In this document: one piece after another, positions 1 to 13,624 of the stretch
How positions within the stretch are numbered: position 1 is the stretch's first letter
How the letters are laid out: the number at the start of each line of letters is the position of its first letter
Assembly: GCA_043228905.1 (NCBI GenBank)
Contig: JBHGNT010000009.1
Location: 2,232,001 to 2,296,000 of the forward strand
DNA length: 64,000 bases
Direction: 5' to 3'
From: Azolla caroliniana
Taxonomy: Eukaryota > Plantae > Polypodiophyta
Translations under genes and position numbers: made by a program
The notes under the pieces: generated by a model
Seen by the model: only the letters and a program-made list of their open reading frames with translations
What the model was told of the DNA's origin: nothing
Database searches by the model: none

Positions 1-652
1 ATAGTGAACAACGCAGCTGAGCAACATGTGGTCCAAATTGAGAAGATATCGTCGGAGCAACTCGAGCGCGTGTTCCGAACCAACATATTCTCTCAGTTCT
101 TTTTAACCAAGTAACCCTATATTATTAAACCATGAAAACTTAATCCATTTGGAAGTGATTAACAAAATAAATCAAATGGGTTCTTGCCGTTTTTATATTT
201 GTGGGTCTTAAAAACTGTCATAATGCATTCAACTTTTGACGCACATGAAGGACGGAAAGTGATTAACAAAATGAATAAATGGGCTCTTTGCTTTTCTTTT
301 TTTCAATTGTGAGAACTTTCATAATGCATTGAACTTTTGAAGCACATGAAGGAAGGGAAGTGATTAGCAAAATAAATTAAATGGGCTCTTACCTTTCTTT
401 TGTTTTAATTGTGAGTAAATAATGAGTGTGGGTCTTTGAAACTTTTATAATGATGATGGCAAAAAGGCATGCATTGAAGCACATGAAGGAAGGGAGTTGC
501 ATAATCAACACCACATCGGTCAATGCCTACAAAGGAAACGCAAGCCTATTGGACTACACGGCTACGAAAGGGGCAATCGTGGCATTTACAAGGGGTCTTG
601 CGCTCCAGTTGGTCGGCCGTGGGATCCGAGTAAATGGTACATTATCAAATAC

Positions 653-704
<52 letters not shown>

Positions 705-1778
705 ATGTATGTGTGAGCATAGCAAGTGTGGTTCTAGTGAATGTTTTTGAATATGTGGATTGGGATTTTCTTTGTTCGATTCGTGTTTGTCGGGGTTTTG
801 AGCGAGATACATAGTAGCATAGAATGAATTACTCCGTATTCGTCAACAATGAACATATTCCCCCTTGAGGATATTCCCAAAAGGAAAAAGTCATGAAGAA
901 TGAAAAAGAAAAAAACATGAAACATATGGTTTGTTGAATGTTTATTTGTTTTCAAATAAACAAATAAAGATAAAATAGTTAAATAAGCTGATTCAGAGTA
1001 GAAGTGCAATAAATGAAAATGTTGTGAAGATGGGGCTTGAACTCTATGATTTTATAATTAAATGATAAGGACTTATGATTAAAGCCACTGAGCTATAGCT
1101 TTTAACCAAGATTACATGCATGAATCGGATGCGATTTCTATCTATCCATATTCTAGTATTTTGTGAGGATGGAGTCAGATCATGAGGTCCACATGTTTTG
1201 ACCCCCAAGGATCACAACAACATAATTATACTACAACCTCTTTGTCACCATCAATTATTGATATATATATATATATACACACATATTAAATTGTAGGTGT
1301 GGCGCCTGGGCCGGTTTGGACGCCTCTCATCCCAGCATCTTTCCCAGAGGAGAAAGTGGAACAATTCGGGGAACAAGTGCCGATGAAGAGGGCCGCCCAG
1401 CCCTCCGAGATTGGTCCCTCGTATGTTTTCTTGGCCTCGGACGATTCATCGTACTACACCGGCCAAGTCCTCCATCCCAATGGTTTTTCTTATAAACTCT
1501 TCTTTTATAATTCTTTTCAATACTCTTCCCCACCTGGAGTAGCTTCATGGGGTGCTGCTATTTATCTAATGTTACTTTTTGTTTCTAATGTTATATTTAT
1601 TTTTGTTTCATGAGACTTGATTCTACTTAGCATTTAGTTCAATTCCTTAATATGCATCATAATATCCCATCTAGGTTTGCCCCAATAGCTGCAGGAACAC
1701 GATATTTCTATCGTTGGGCGAAAAACAATTCACGTTATGATTGTCGATAATGCAGGTGGAGTCATTGTGAATGCTTAG
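1..1778 (+). CDS. Short-chain dehydrogenase/reductase, glucose and ribitol dehydrogenase-like; 5' part lies outside the window. Exons <1-110, 467-636, 1297-1482, 1756-1778
   Basis: Spliced reading IVNNAAEQH...RVFRTNIFSQFFLTK/HALKHMKEGSCIINTTSVNAYKG...DYTATKGAIVAFTRGLA...GIRVNG/VAPGPVWTPLI...YTGQVLHPNG/GVIVNA*. It has the NNA and catalytic YxxxK (YTATK) SDR motifs. All three introns are GT..AG and in phase. Confidence 0.93.
151..496 (+). repeat. About 3 degenerate tandem copies of a ~103-bp unit filling SDR intron 1 and overlapping the start of the next exon
   Basis: ggaagtgatta(a/g)caaaat recurs at ~151, ~254 and ~356. gcacatgaagga(c/a)gg recurs at ~241, ~342 and in the exon at ~479. Confidence 0.75.
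652..716. repeat. (TA)n(TG)n compound microsatellite in SDR intron
   Basis: Direct reading. Confidence 0.9.
1029..1095 (-). mobile_element. Degenerate tRNA-derived (SINE-like) fragment in SDR intron
   Basis: Minus strand reads TAGCTCAGTGG (A box) ... GAGTTCAAGCCCC (B box), with no intact cloverleaf. Confidence 0.4.
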
Positions 1779-1884
1779 GAGGAAAGGATTTTATTCAGAT
1801 TCAGACCAGACCACCAGAATTAATGGTTTTGGAACTATGGAACTAGGAAGACTATAAAAAAAAAATGTTAAATTTATGTGTGGA

Positions 1885-1918
<34 letters not shown>

Positions 1919-2879
1919 GTACATTATATGTGGGTGTGTGAAGAGGTTGTAGGAGGTGAGAACGTTCAGTTTTATGAAATGGACCGATAAATTGGCAGTT
2001 CTTTTTCTTTAATTTTTTGTCTTTTTAGTACTAGTTGTAGATAATAGTGCATATCCATGGCTTTCTCAATGGGCGGACAATAATCAAAAGCCAATAATCA
2101 AATTGCCTGGAAACTTCGTCTCTTTATTTGACTATGTCTTTGTTTTACTTTTCGTTATCGCTTTGACTGGTCTCTCTCTCTCTTGCTCGCTTTACCAATG
2201 CAAGTTTTGATGATGTCTTCTCTTCAACAAAATATTAAGAGTTCTCATGACTAAAATGATCAGATCCCTCACTCCAAAAACTATGAACCATCAATTATCT
2301 CGATTTGCTTAATTTACGTACATAATATTATAGAAAATACCATGTATTGCTTGTAACACCTACTAGATCACAACCGCTTCTAAATTGGGCTGCCTTATAT
2401 CAATAGAAAACCCATCATATCCGGAATTGATTGGTGCAACCATGTATAGAAGGTATCATGGAATAGATCAAGTGCATGTGGGTTTTCTTGTGTGGATCAA
2501 ACATGGTTATGGAGTTCATCAATTCCATGTGGAACATGACTATGATGATGGTTAAATTTACATCTGCAAAAAAATATCATATTGGGTCAAGTTGGATTGG
2601 TGCAATCAAGCAAGTCTACGATGAAGTTTACCAAGTGCCTCCAGGTGGATCTGACGTGGTGAGCAATGACTATATGTCTTATATGCCTTGTATCTTGATA
2701 CTCTTGTTGGTCTCTTGTCCTTGAAATTCCGCTACTTAGTCTATGGTGATTCCTTAGCACATCATCATGGAAATGTGGTCCTATGGAGGAAGGTAGTGTT
2801 GTGTGATCAATTCCGTGTGATTGTTGCATCATGTGTACAAATATTTAGGAATTGAATCTCAATGTTTTCAAACTTGGTC

Positions 2880-3330
2880 AAAGATCATTTTGCTAAATGT
2901 TAGTGAGTTAACATAGAAGGTACCATTAGAAGGTACTTATCCCTTATGTGGTTATTATAAGTCAAGCATTTGCGCAAAAAATGTTCCTCACTCTTGACCT
3001 CTAATTCATATAATTTATACAATCTTTTGGCTTTAGGAGTGCCATGTCCACTTCCAATGTCTAGGTGGTGGCACGAAACATTGAGTTTGCATATTGCTTT
3101 GTGAGAACTAAGGGCCATATTCATGATTGTATCTCAATCTCCGTATGAATCCATATTGTGAAAGATCATGAAATGGTCTTTTTCTTGGGCCATTTTCGGG
3201 AGTACCCTCAGTCTCTTGGCTATAGAGAGTTATAGGCCTTGGAGAAATACCTTGTTCTCTTCATAATTTTGGAGAGGTATATGATATTATAATAGGGGCA
3301 TGGTAATAATATGTGGTTTAGCTTTACAGA
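2880..3330 (-). mobile_element. Decayed LINE 3' remnant (C-terminal zinc-knuckle region)
   Basis: Minus translation AICKLNVSCHHLDIGSGHGTPKAKRLYKLYELEVKSEEHFLRKCLTY..IRDKY parallels the C-terminus of the LINE at 29230-29430 (AIGQLQISSHQLEIENGR...RICRLCHIEIEDEYHFTCKCPTY..IR). Confidence 0.65.
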
Positions 3331-3340
3331 TTTGCCACAA

Positions 3341-3509
3341 ATAATCTAGATAGGGATGAAGGAAAGACATCAACTTGTATGTCCCCCCCATGTTTTTTAA
3401 AACACCAATGTGTTAACACAATAGACCATGAATAATCTAGATAGGGATCAAGGAAAGACATCAACTTGTATCCCCCCGATGGTTTTTAAAACACCAATGT
3501 GTTACCACA
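3341..3509 (+). repeat. 91-bp tandem duplication, with a third diverged copy near 11028-11097
   Basis: ataatctagatagggat..aggaaagacatcaacttgta...taaaacaccaatgtgtta occurs twice. Confidence 0.8.
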
Positions 3510-3603
3510 TCATGACTATTGAAAACCATGTTATATGTCGATCATTTCTTACTTATCCTTTCTTTCCATGAATAATTCAAACACAATCTCTTTATGAAGA
3601 CTA

Positions 3604-4114
3604 AATATTGTTAATTTCTCTTAGTTGTGCCAATGCTAAAATAAATGGTTGCAACATGGATCATGATGCTAGACTATCTTGGCAATCAAAACTAAATGTA
3701 GCACACTAATTTTTGAATGGAGGCATGTTTCACTCAAATAAAATAATTCCCTTAATATGACCTTACAACAAAAGAATGCTAACAAGTACACCTAATATTT
3801 GATTCTCATTAATACATATACCTAATATCTTGATTCCCTTTGACAATGGATGTGCCCCGAAAGGGAAAGGGTAAATGTTGTTAATTTCTCTTAGTTGTGC
3901 CAATGCTAAAATAAATGGTTGCAACATGGATCACGATGCTAGACTATCTTGGCAATCAAAACTAAATCTAGCACACTAATTTTTGAATGGAGGCATGTTT
4001 CACTCAAATAAAATAATTCCCTTAATATGACCTTACAACAAAAGAATGCTAACAAGTACACCTAATATTTGATTCTCATTAATACATATACCTAATATCT
4101 TGATTCCCTTTGAC
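3604..4114 (+). repeat. Near-identical ~240-bp direct duplication (3604-3844 / 3873-4114) separated by a 28-bp spacer that recurs at 5023-5049
   Basis: Direct alignment by eye. The spacer is aatggatgtgccccgaaagggaaaggg. Confidence 0.9.
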
Positions 4115-5030
4115 CATAGATTGAGCCATGCGTGATATTCTTGAGATTCGACATCCGTAATATTCGTGGTATTCGAGAATAGAAAATGGCCCTAAGAATA
4201 TTATAAAACCATCCGTTTACATATACATATACACACATACATACATACACATACATATATACACACATACACAAACATATATATACATATACACACACAT
4301 ACATAGATACATATATACACATACATAGATACATATACACACACATACATAGATACATATATACACATACATAGATACATATACACACACATACATATAT
4401 GTGTACACAGACATACATCAATAATTAATTAACTCATTAATATAATGATTAATTTACTATTAACTAATTAATTCACTTAAACATTAATTGATTCACTAAT
4501 ACATTAATTAATTTACAAATACATATCTTAATTCATTAACACATTAATTAATTCATTGGAAAATATTAGTTAATTAATTAATAATCAATTAATGCATTAA
4601 TAATTATTTAATTAGGGCTTTGGCAAAACTTAGGGTTTCAGTGAAACTCTGAATTTGTAGCGGACAACAGGATGTAGGATTAGGTAGAGCATGAGAGGGA
4701 GTCGATGACGCAGGCCGAAAAGAAGAAATTTTGTCGAAATTAGGATTATGACAGAAATTAGGGTTTTCTGTCGAAACCCTAATTTCTGGCCGAGAACAGG
4801 ATATAGAGGGAAGCGAGGGTGTAAGTAGCACGCAGAGGGAGTAGGGTGAGGTGTCTTTGCTTCCTGTTGGCCACTGTTCACTCGCTCGTAAATAAAACAC
4901 AATTTTTTTTATTTTTTATTTTTTTTTATTTCAAAAAAAAGAAGAAAACGAATATATTTACGTGTATTCGTATTCCTATTCGTATGGATTCGTGGGGCAG
5001 GCCCCACAAATGCGAATATTTCAATGGATG
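4115..5030. mobile_element. Putative non-autonomous DNA transposon (hAT/MITE-like) carrying a (TACA)-rich microsatellite and TTAATTAA-rich repeats
   Basis: Imperfect termini CATAGATTGA / TCAATGGATG (reverse complement CATCCATTGA), clustered (G/A)TATTCG subterminal motifs at both ends, and a GTGGGGC-AG-GCCCCAC hairpin near the right end. No TSD seen. Confidence 0.4.
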
Positions 5031-5424
5031 TGCCCCGAAAGGGAAAGGGAGAGTGGGCACATTGATACTTTTTATGTCCTTTAATAGTCTAAACACCAAT
5101 GTCAATCTTAACATGTGCTCAAATAGTGCATATATCTCCCACATTATGCTAATGGGAATTTTTGAGTGCTTGGAATCTTTGTAGGAACAATATTCCCTTC
5201 ACATTATGAGAGATGTGAAGAGAGGTTAATGTATATGGCTAGGTTTGTCTTGAACCTTTCCACAAATTTAGGTGAGGGTCACGATATTCTAATTCATCCT
5301 TGGTTGGATGGAATTCCATTAGTTATGCTAAGACATAAATGTGTGGATCATTGTGCATTAGGAAGGTGTGTGTGTGTGTGTGCATGGGTGTGTGTGCATG
5401 GGTGTGTGTGCGCACATGTGAAAA

Positions 5425-6210
5425 AGATTCCATTTTGAAGGTGCATGATGGCTTGCTAAGCCTTGCATGAAGTGGAAGAGGTTGATGATTGTGATATAGG
5501 GTGTCAGTTGTGAGGGACATAATACAAGCTTGTCTCATAAGATTGCCATATTTGTGTATCTGTGATGAAGGTTGGGGTCACAATTATCTGATATATTGTG
5601 AGACATTGGCAAAGTATGGAAAGAATTTGATGTTTGTGATATAGTGCTGGTTGTCTCATAAGATTGCCATATTTGTGTATCTGTGATGAAGGTTGGGGTC
5701 ACAATTATCTGATATATTGTGAGACATTGGCAAAGTATGGAAAGAATTTGATGTTTGTGATATAGTGCTGGTTGTGAGGGACATAATACAAGCTTGTCGC
5801 ATAAGATTGCCATATTTGTGGATCTATGGTGAAGGTTGGGGTCACAATTCTCTGATATATTGTGAGACAACTCTTGTGTGATCGGAAAAGCTTCTATTTT
5901 GAAGGTGCATGATGGCTTGCTAAACCTTGTATGAAGTGGAAGAGGTGGAAGTAATATAGGTATGGGAAGAATTTTATGGTTGTGATATAGGGTGTCGGTT
6001 GTGAGGGACATAATACAAGCTTGTCGCATAAGATTGCCATATTTGCATATCTATGATGAAGGCTGGCATTACAATTCTTTGATATATTATGAGACATTGG
6101 CAAAGTATGGGAAGAATTTGATGGTTGTGATATAGGGTGTTGGCTGTGAGGAACATAATACAAGCTTGTTGCATAACATTGCCACATTTGTGGATCTATG
6201 GTGAAGGTTT
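5425..6210 (+). repeat. Compound tandem repeat array, units ~120-230 bp
   Basis: cataagattgccatatttg at ~5536, 5657, 5800, 6028 and 6171 (variant), with shared flanking blocks. Confidence 0.85.
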
Positions 6211-6286
6211 CCAAGAATATGGTATTCCATCTTATGTTGTAAAGGAGCCTATTGGTGGCAAGGATATGTAGTATGTAGAGAGTTAG

Positions 6287-6738
6287 GAGGTGATAGATAA
6301 AGAGTGGTTTGGTTTGGTTCTTTGCTTTTTGTGTTGTAAAGTACAACAAAACATTTTACACAAATAGTGAGAAAATAGAAAGACACATACGGATGTAATT
6401 GGATCCGTTTCTTTCTTTTATTGTACAATACAATATATTTCATGTAGAAAATATATATTAACATCTATGAGAGTCCAAAATCAGAATGCACAATGGGATT
6501 ACTGCTCCCTTTCTGGAGGTGACAGACAAAGAGTTGTTTGGTTGGGTCTTTTGCTTTTTGTAATGTACAATACAATACGTTTTACACAAATAGTGAGAAA
6601 ATAGAAAGAGACATAGGGATGTGGTTGGGTGCTTTTCTTTCTTGTATTGTACAATAGAATACATTTCTCGCAGAAAATATATATCAACATCTATGAGAGG
6701 CCAAAATCAGAATCCAAAATTGGATTACAACTCCCTTT
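6287..6738 (+). repeat. ~228-bp diverged tandem duplication
   Basis: ggaggtga.aga.aaagagt...ttttacacaaatagtgagaaaatagaaaga...acatctatgagag.ccaaaatcagaat occurs twice. Confidence 0.85.
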
Positions 6739-8978
6739 ATGAGCTTCATGTTTGTACATGTGGTATTTCGGTTACTTGACAATGTGTTTGACATATTGTA
6801 TTATGTTGTGATCATCTTGGTATATCCATTTTGGTATGTTCATATAATCTTTTCACAGGGTGAACCTAATGTGATGCCCAACCATGTGGTCGACCTAGTT
6901 TCCATCCTTTTCGAGCTTCAAACGATGTACTTATGGATTCAAACAATGGCAATAGCCATCCCTTTCTAAACTCTTCTCTTTTCAATTTCTCATAAATAAC
7001 TTACCCTAGTGGTAATTTTTTAAACTACCACAAAGGGATTATAGGTATAGCTATCTTAAGGACCAATTTGTTTGCTAAATTTAACTAGTGAAGGGTTGGA
7101 TAGTTGGGAAACCAGTTACCCCAAGAACATGGAATAACCCATAAGGATATGTATCCTTCATTATGGTATCTTGAGACATTGACTACTCTCTCTCTCTCTA
7201 CATCCTTCCCTTTGTATGTCTTTACCTTTCAACATAGACTTGGTCTAGTTTACAAGTTAAATTACAATAGTCAAATGTGCTTGAATGTTCTTGTCTAAAG
7301 AAGATGTCGAGGCATTGACATTGGGTGATCAATTCAAAGGTAGTTTACTGATATATTTTTCTAATAATAATCAACATTAATCACCTCTCTTTATTTATTT
7401 TATAATCAATTCACTCAATTTAATTCAATATTCCTTCAACAAATACATGTAGTATAATGTGTTGTATATATGCGATAAATGTTATGTGTATTGTGCATGT
7501 ATATGCATGTGTACCTATGTATGTGGGTATGTATACACAAAGTGTGAGTTTGTATATATATGTATATTTAAAATTATTTATATTATCGTTGTAATGATTT
7601 CAAATTTCAATTATTTTCTAGTGTCTTCCAACTCTCTTTCTATGCATATATGATGAATGATTTCTATCATTGATAGTCGATTCATATATCACATGACTCC
7701 CCTCAGAACAAGGATGGACAAAATACCTAAAGCCAAATCCAATTTAGAGTTATAATGGGAATCGATTTTAATTGTAGCCTAAACAAGCCTCTATTATGAA
7801 GAAGAAAAACAAACTTAATCCTTTCGATGTATTTCATAAAAGCTATTTGTAGTGATAACTGTTTGTTTTACTTAACATGTTTGTAGTTTCTAAAGTGGGG
7901 AGGAACATGGATAAAAACGATGCTATTTCCTATTAAGAGCAATGTGAGCCTTTCAAATACTTCCCCAAGACATGCTAATGCTAATGGTAAGGATAATGTT
8001 TAAATTAGTTTAATGGTAATATATATGTTTAATTATCTTCTATTGATAAAAAGTAATTTTTTTTACCAAAACAAAACAGTTCATTTTATGTGTGTTTACA
8101 TGAGAATGTGATCATTCATTCATGATGGATTATTGCGTGCAATGCTTTGCAAAATAACACTCATAATCTATAAAAAAAATGTGTCCTCACAAAATTATTA
8201 TTAACTTGACAAGGTCACTTGCAAAGTCCCCTTTCACTCTCATCTACCTATTTGTGATACTTGATGGAGAAAAGAACCCATTTCTTCTTCTTCTTCAATT
8301 TTACCATGGACAATTCGAGAATACCATGTTCCCATAGGGGTTACATGAGGGTAAACTACTCTCTCATAAAAATGAATTGAGGGGTATTTTTTCAGCTTTT
8401 AAAATTCCTCTAAATGTGTTGACTCTATGTATTCTCACCAAGTGCACACACTTTTCTTAGTGGAATTATATTTCCATTTTGAGATTGTTTTGTTGGGTAG
8501 ATGTCCCACCCGTCGTATACCCTATAAATGGTGAGTGGCTTAGATTGTTTATCAAGCACTCTCAAGCAAATAATCTTGTATAACTAGATTAAGGGAGCAC
8601 TAATTCTCCTCTGTTACAAAGCTATCTTCACCATGAAGCTCACTCTTGCCTTAGTAACCCTTAAGCTATAAATGAGCACTTTGCAACAAAATTTAGAGAT
8701 GCCTAAATATTGTATTAGGTCATAAAGGTAGTATTTACTATAAAGGACGCAACATTTATACTCCAAAATATGAAAGGACATTTATAATTACCTTAAGAAG
8801 CTATAAAGATGAAACTATAAACCTTTTGTCTTTCTCCCTGGCCAAGGTTAACTATCTCTCTCTTTTTATCATAATTAGCTTACTTTAATTGTAAGTTGTT
8901 ACTCTATTAGCCCTATGTCCTAGGCTCGAAACCCAATTTTTATCAAACATATATATCTAGATTCACTAGATGCCATTG

Positions 8979-9048
8979 TGGAATGTAGGGGTTGAACCCA
9001 TGAGCTTCTAGTCTCCATTGGGCAACCTTACCAACCGAGTTACATCCA
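8979..9048 (-). mobile_element. tRNA-derived SINE-like head or tRNA pseudogene
   Basis: Minus strand GGATGTAACTCGGTTGGTAAGG...CATGGGTTCAACCCCTAC with tRNA-like A/B box spacing. Confidence 0.5.
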
Positions 9049-9199
9049 TTTGGGCTAAATAATAGTTTTCATTACGAAAGAAAAAACACCACCATGACTA
9101 ACTTACTACAAAGTATAGAACCATTTTGGTGAACTAAATTCTACTACGACTACAAACTCAATGCCACCCTACACACCAATTCCAATTACGAATACGATG

Positions 9200-9800
9200 A
9201 TGTGTGACCTTGCAAAGTTCTCTCTCTACATTGTTGAGATTTCGTGATGTCTCTAGCATTGTCAATTGTCACAACAGAAGTCCTTTTAACTTTACAAAAT
9301 ATTTTCTCACCCCAACTTGTGAATCAAAAGTGAAGGCATTTTGCATTCTCCAATTGAACCATACCCTCCAATACCTCAAGAACTCAAAAATAACTTGGAA
9401 ATGAGGCATCATTTCATTGTTGTCCATATGTGCAAAAACCTAATTGAAGGAAGATAGTTAGAGACATCTACACTAAATTGATACACCTCCAAACCATCCT
9501 AGCCATCGGACATGAAATAAATTGATGTCTGCTATGTTCCAATTCCACCAAACAAAAGAAACACGTTCCTCTAGCAATATTTCTTTTTTTAATGCATTCC
9601 CCAATGGTAAAGCTCTAACCATAAGTCTCCAAATGAAGGCCTTCGCTTGTGGCATCAATCAAGAACACCAACTTGCCTTGATCACATGAAACCACCAGAA
9701 AATGGGCTTACGAAAACCTCGTATCTTTATAACCTCTCTCTCTCTCGGGAAGGAAGGAGACGCATCAAGATAACTTTTGTACTTAGGTTCCATGGGTCAA
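9200..9800 (-). mobile_element. L1/Ta11-like LINE remnant (zf-RVT region)
   Basis: PQAKAFIWRLMVRALPLGNALKK matches the zf-RVT consensus PKxKxFxWRxxxxxLP. It is frameshifted and decayed. Confidence 0.65.
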
Positions 9801-11589
9801 CATTAACCTCTCTATTGATGCTAAAAATATCTATCTCTATTACGCTCTCCCTCTCCCTCCATCTTCAAGCATCAAGCATAATCATCACACAAGCTTTGTT
9901 TCTTTAAGTCTATAGATATTCCCTCTCCATCTCTATTTTCATTTTTCATTGTCAAAGGAAAAGTTCAATGTAGCAACAAGATAGTTTGACTCTATTGTTA
10001 CATATTCTAGAAATTGAGGTCAAGACAATAGTTTTGAGTACTTGTATGCTTAAATTAGACATCTGAGATAAAAGATATGAGTAAAACAAGCTAAAGTGGC
10101 ATCAAGACACCAATAACTTAGATACTAAACATTGCGAATAGAAATTTGAGATAGCTTCCAACATGGCTTGAAGGGTATCAAATGTAATTGTTGAGGCACT
10201 CAAGGATGTTAATTATGGAAGCCCATATTCCTTGTCTATTGAAACAATTGCAACATGTGTCTTTCAAGAAGCAATGATACATTTGTGCAATGAAGTACAT
10301 GTTCATAATGATCGGGAAAGGATGCTTAAACATATGATGGACCTACAAGAAATGTAGATTAAATATATGACGGAGTTACTTGCTTTGAAGAAAATAACAT
10401 TAGCATTTTAAATCCTTGATATTTGCATTTATGAACTAGAGAACAAAATGAAAATTTTAGATGGTGAGAAAGAATCACTAATCAAAGCAAATATTGAAAT
10501 GAAAATCTAGACTTGAGGCTAAAGAAGATGCAATCATGAGAAAATGGAGAGATGTACCCATTAAGAGTTCACACAAAAAGTAAATGCCAATGAAGTTTGT
10601 GCATCACAATCTTTTCAAAGAATGTATTGGATGACAAAGAGAGAAATGAAGCAAAATGTTGTTACTAGAGAGATGCAAAAAGAAGAATCAAATAATGCAC
10701 TCTCCTTGGACTGTAACATCATAAAATTCTTTGAATATGATTTTACTATGTGCGATATTATGGTATGTGGAGCACATAGAGTTGGTCGGAAGAGGCTAAA
10801 GGGGAAATTTGCATGTGTTTCCATTGTTTTGACAATCTTAAATGATAGGAAAAGAAGTATCATTTTAGATAGTAGCAAGGTGTACCTAAAAGGTACAAAT
10901 TTTTTATATGAGAAGATACAACCCAAAAAGAGCAAGACTTAGTTTATTGTTAACATTTTTTCGTGCATAAACTATTCATGATGCAAACAAATATGGTTGA
11001 GCCTCGGGGAGCCGTCATGGAAAAAATCGATATAGAGATCAGGGAAAGACATGAATTTGTTACCCCCATGGTTTTTAAAACACCTTTGTGTTACCATAGT
11101 TACCTGATCTTGAACTTTATCTCATACGTCTAGAGGGGTATTGACGTGAGATCATGATATCGATTAATGTTTGCCCATGATATGTTTATATCACGACATT
11201 ATGTTTGCCCATGTTTATTTGTCTAACCTCATCCTATTTATTTGCTAGACATTATATTTTCATGGCTCATAATAATGACCCAATGGCATCCTGCCAAGCC
11301 GAGGGGATTCAAGGAAATACTCCTGGGGCAATCCCAATTGAGTCGTATTTTTTACAAATACAAAATTTCCTATATCTACCTTGAACAAGATTTTCGAACT
11401 TTGGCAATCTCATGGTGCTCTAGACGCACGTGTCATTAGTATGTAACAAGATACTAATAGACTAGATGAACGTCAAGGTCAACCATCATTTGTCTTCAAG
11501 TCATTTACAAGAGAAAAAAAATGAAGAACCGAAGAAGCAAGTTGCACATGGCTTGACTTATGGGAGTCTCATTTTGAGCTCTATCCCAA

Positions 11590-12977
11590 GCCATTTGTCG
11601 TTCTTTTCGCCTCTCTGTCTCTGTCGTCAATGTCTCCATCTCCTATGTTGTTTGTCGTCTTCCGATCCATTCTGACTGCCTATCCAACCGCATCTTTCCG
11701 ACATCTCCATCTATGTGCTTAGTCATTGTTCGGCCGTCGGTTGTCTAGCCACCGTAGCTATTGAGGGTTTTTGGCCGCCTCTATGCATTATGGTCGTTGG
11801 TTTGTCCGCTCACGTCTCCGTTTGCGTCTCCTTCTCTGTCTACTTTGGCCCTACTGGCTTTCTTTTGCTGGTTCTGATTCCGGTTATCCCTATGTTGCGC
11901 CTTTTAGAACCGTCTCTTGTGCATTCTCAACACTTTGTGCCGGCATCCACTCCACACACTACTTCTTCCTCCGCAATCTCCTGGTGGGCTTCTCTTTCAG
12001 TCGTGCTGGCATCGGTTCCCTCTTTGTTACTTGTATCCAAAGTTTATTTGCCGGTTCCTTCTCTTTCACTGTTTGTCCGGCTGTGCATCTTGCACCAAGC
12101 TTTCGGAAACACGCACATTGTTGCTAACCACACCCTTGCACAAATGTTGTTGCCATTCTCGAACTCTTGCATAGCGTCATCATTTCCTGCACTCGCACAC
12201 AAATGTCGTTGTCATTTCTCCTTCACTCACACATACTTCCACCATTTCTCGTTCACTTGCACATACTTCCGCCGCATATCATTCCGTCATTAGATGCCCA
12301 CCGTGGATTAGATTTTTCATTCTCTCGTATACTTTCACCACATCTATCCATCGACTTCTTCCAAACATCGTCACCATCATTTGCACGTTTCTACCATTTC
12401 TCACACATCGTGTCACCACGTATTCTTCTTGGACTTCTTCTTCAAAGGGGGTTCGCCATTGTGGTCGCCAAAATAGTGTTATAGGTTTTAGGGTTATGGT
12501 TAATAATAATACTGAAGATAGAAATAGGGTTAACGGTGATGATGATAATGAATGTTGACAGTGATGGAGATGATGAGGATTGTGGGATGTGCATTGAGAA
12601 TCTTTGCGAGGTGGGGGGTGGTGCCTAGAATGGCTCCACCCCCCTCCCAAGGGGGTTCAACGTGGGAGAGAAGGAAGAGAGAGAAAAAGAGATGACAACA
12701 GAGAAAGATTGAGTCTAGAGAACTATTCCTTGTTCATCCATTCCCCATAAAGGGTTAAGTAGTTGCAAAAGGGTAGATACATAGGGTGCAAGCCCCATTG
12801 GCCATTCACACTAATCACTCACTCACACCTCTTCTTATTTGTCCACATGCACACACGTGTGCATGTGTTCACATACACAACTACTCACACTCACAATTAC
12901 ACCTGTACACATTTACACATATACATCAACACTTTAATCTTTCACACTCAACTCTCTATACATCTCATACGGTAACA
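11590..12977 (-). mobile_element. 5' LTR (12477-12977), tRNA-Arg-type PBS (12456-12470) and non-coding internal part of a Ty3/Gypsy (Tat/Ogre-like) element; 3' LTR not seen
   Basis: TGTTA...TAACA termini and homology to 22883-23372. Minus strand TGGCGACCACAATGG lies next to the LTR. The left boundary is approximate. Confidence 0.65.
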
Positions 12978-13624
12978 CATCTTATACTGAGGCAACACAA
13001 GCATTAATGAACCTCTCTAGCTGGAAATTTTCCCATTGGAGGATTATGTTCACCATACTAGAACCCAAATTCAAAATCAAGTCTAGAGGGGGAATTTTGG
13101 TTAATTGCTTGTTTTGTCAATGACATTCCTTATTTAGACTATCATTAGATAGTGCACGATAAGGACCCAAAATCCTTTGAAGATGTCATTGAAATTGTCA
13201 TTCGTCATCAATGCACTTCGAAGAATGACCATAACAAACTTGAAGTGCCAGGGATTAGAAGCGGTCGCAATTTGTTGGGAAACGCAAGACACCCAATAAA
13301 TTCCTAGATCGTGATTTCAAGGGTCACACGAAAGACCAATGTCGGAAGCTCCAATGCAAAGAGCATGACAACAGAAACAAAGTTGCCGACCATAAAGGTT
13401 AGATTCTCGAAGGGGTAGACCCGTTCTCTTAGTAAAAAAGAAAGAGGGCACACGTATGTGTACTAATTACTGATGCTTGAATAAAGTGACGATCAAGAAT
13501 GCATATCCATTGTCCTGGGTAGACAATTTGATTGACCATCTCTAGGGATCTTGATAAATTTCAAAACTTGATCTCCGTATGACCTACCATCAAATTCGTA
13601 TAAATGGGGGGAATGTTCCTAAAA

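Noticed and set aside
4092-4421. Cys/Val/Tyr/Met-rich ORFs
   Set aside because: Translation of a (TACA)/(CA) microsatellite.
5425-6210. Possible CRISPR-like array
   Set aside because: Inter-repeat sequences are themselves repeated, unit lengths are irregular, the context is eukaryotic and no cas genes are present.
7650-8800. Faint retroelement-like motifs (IIDSRFIYHMTP)
   Set aside because: Too decayed to delimit or classify by eye.
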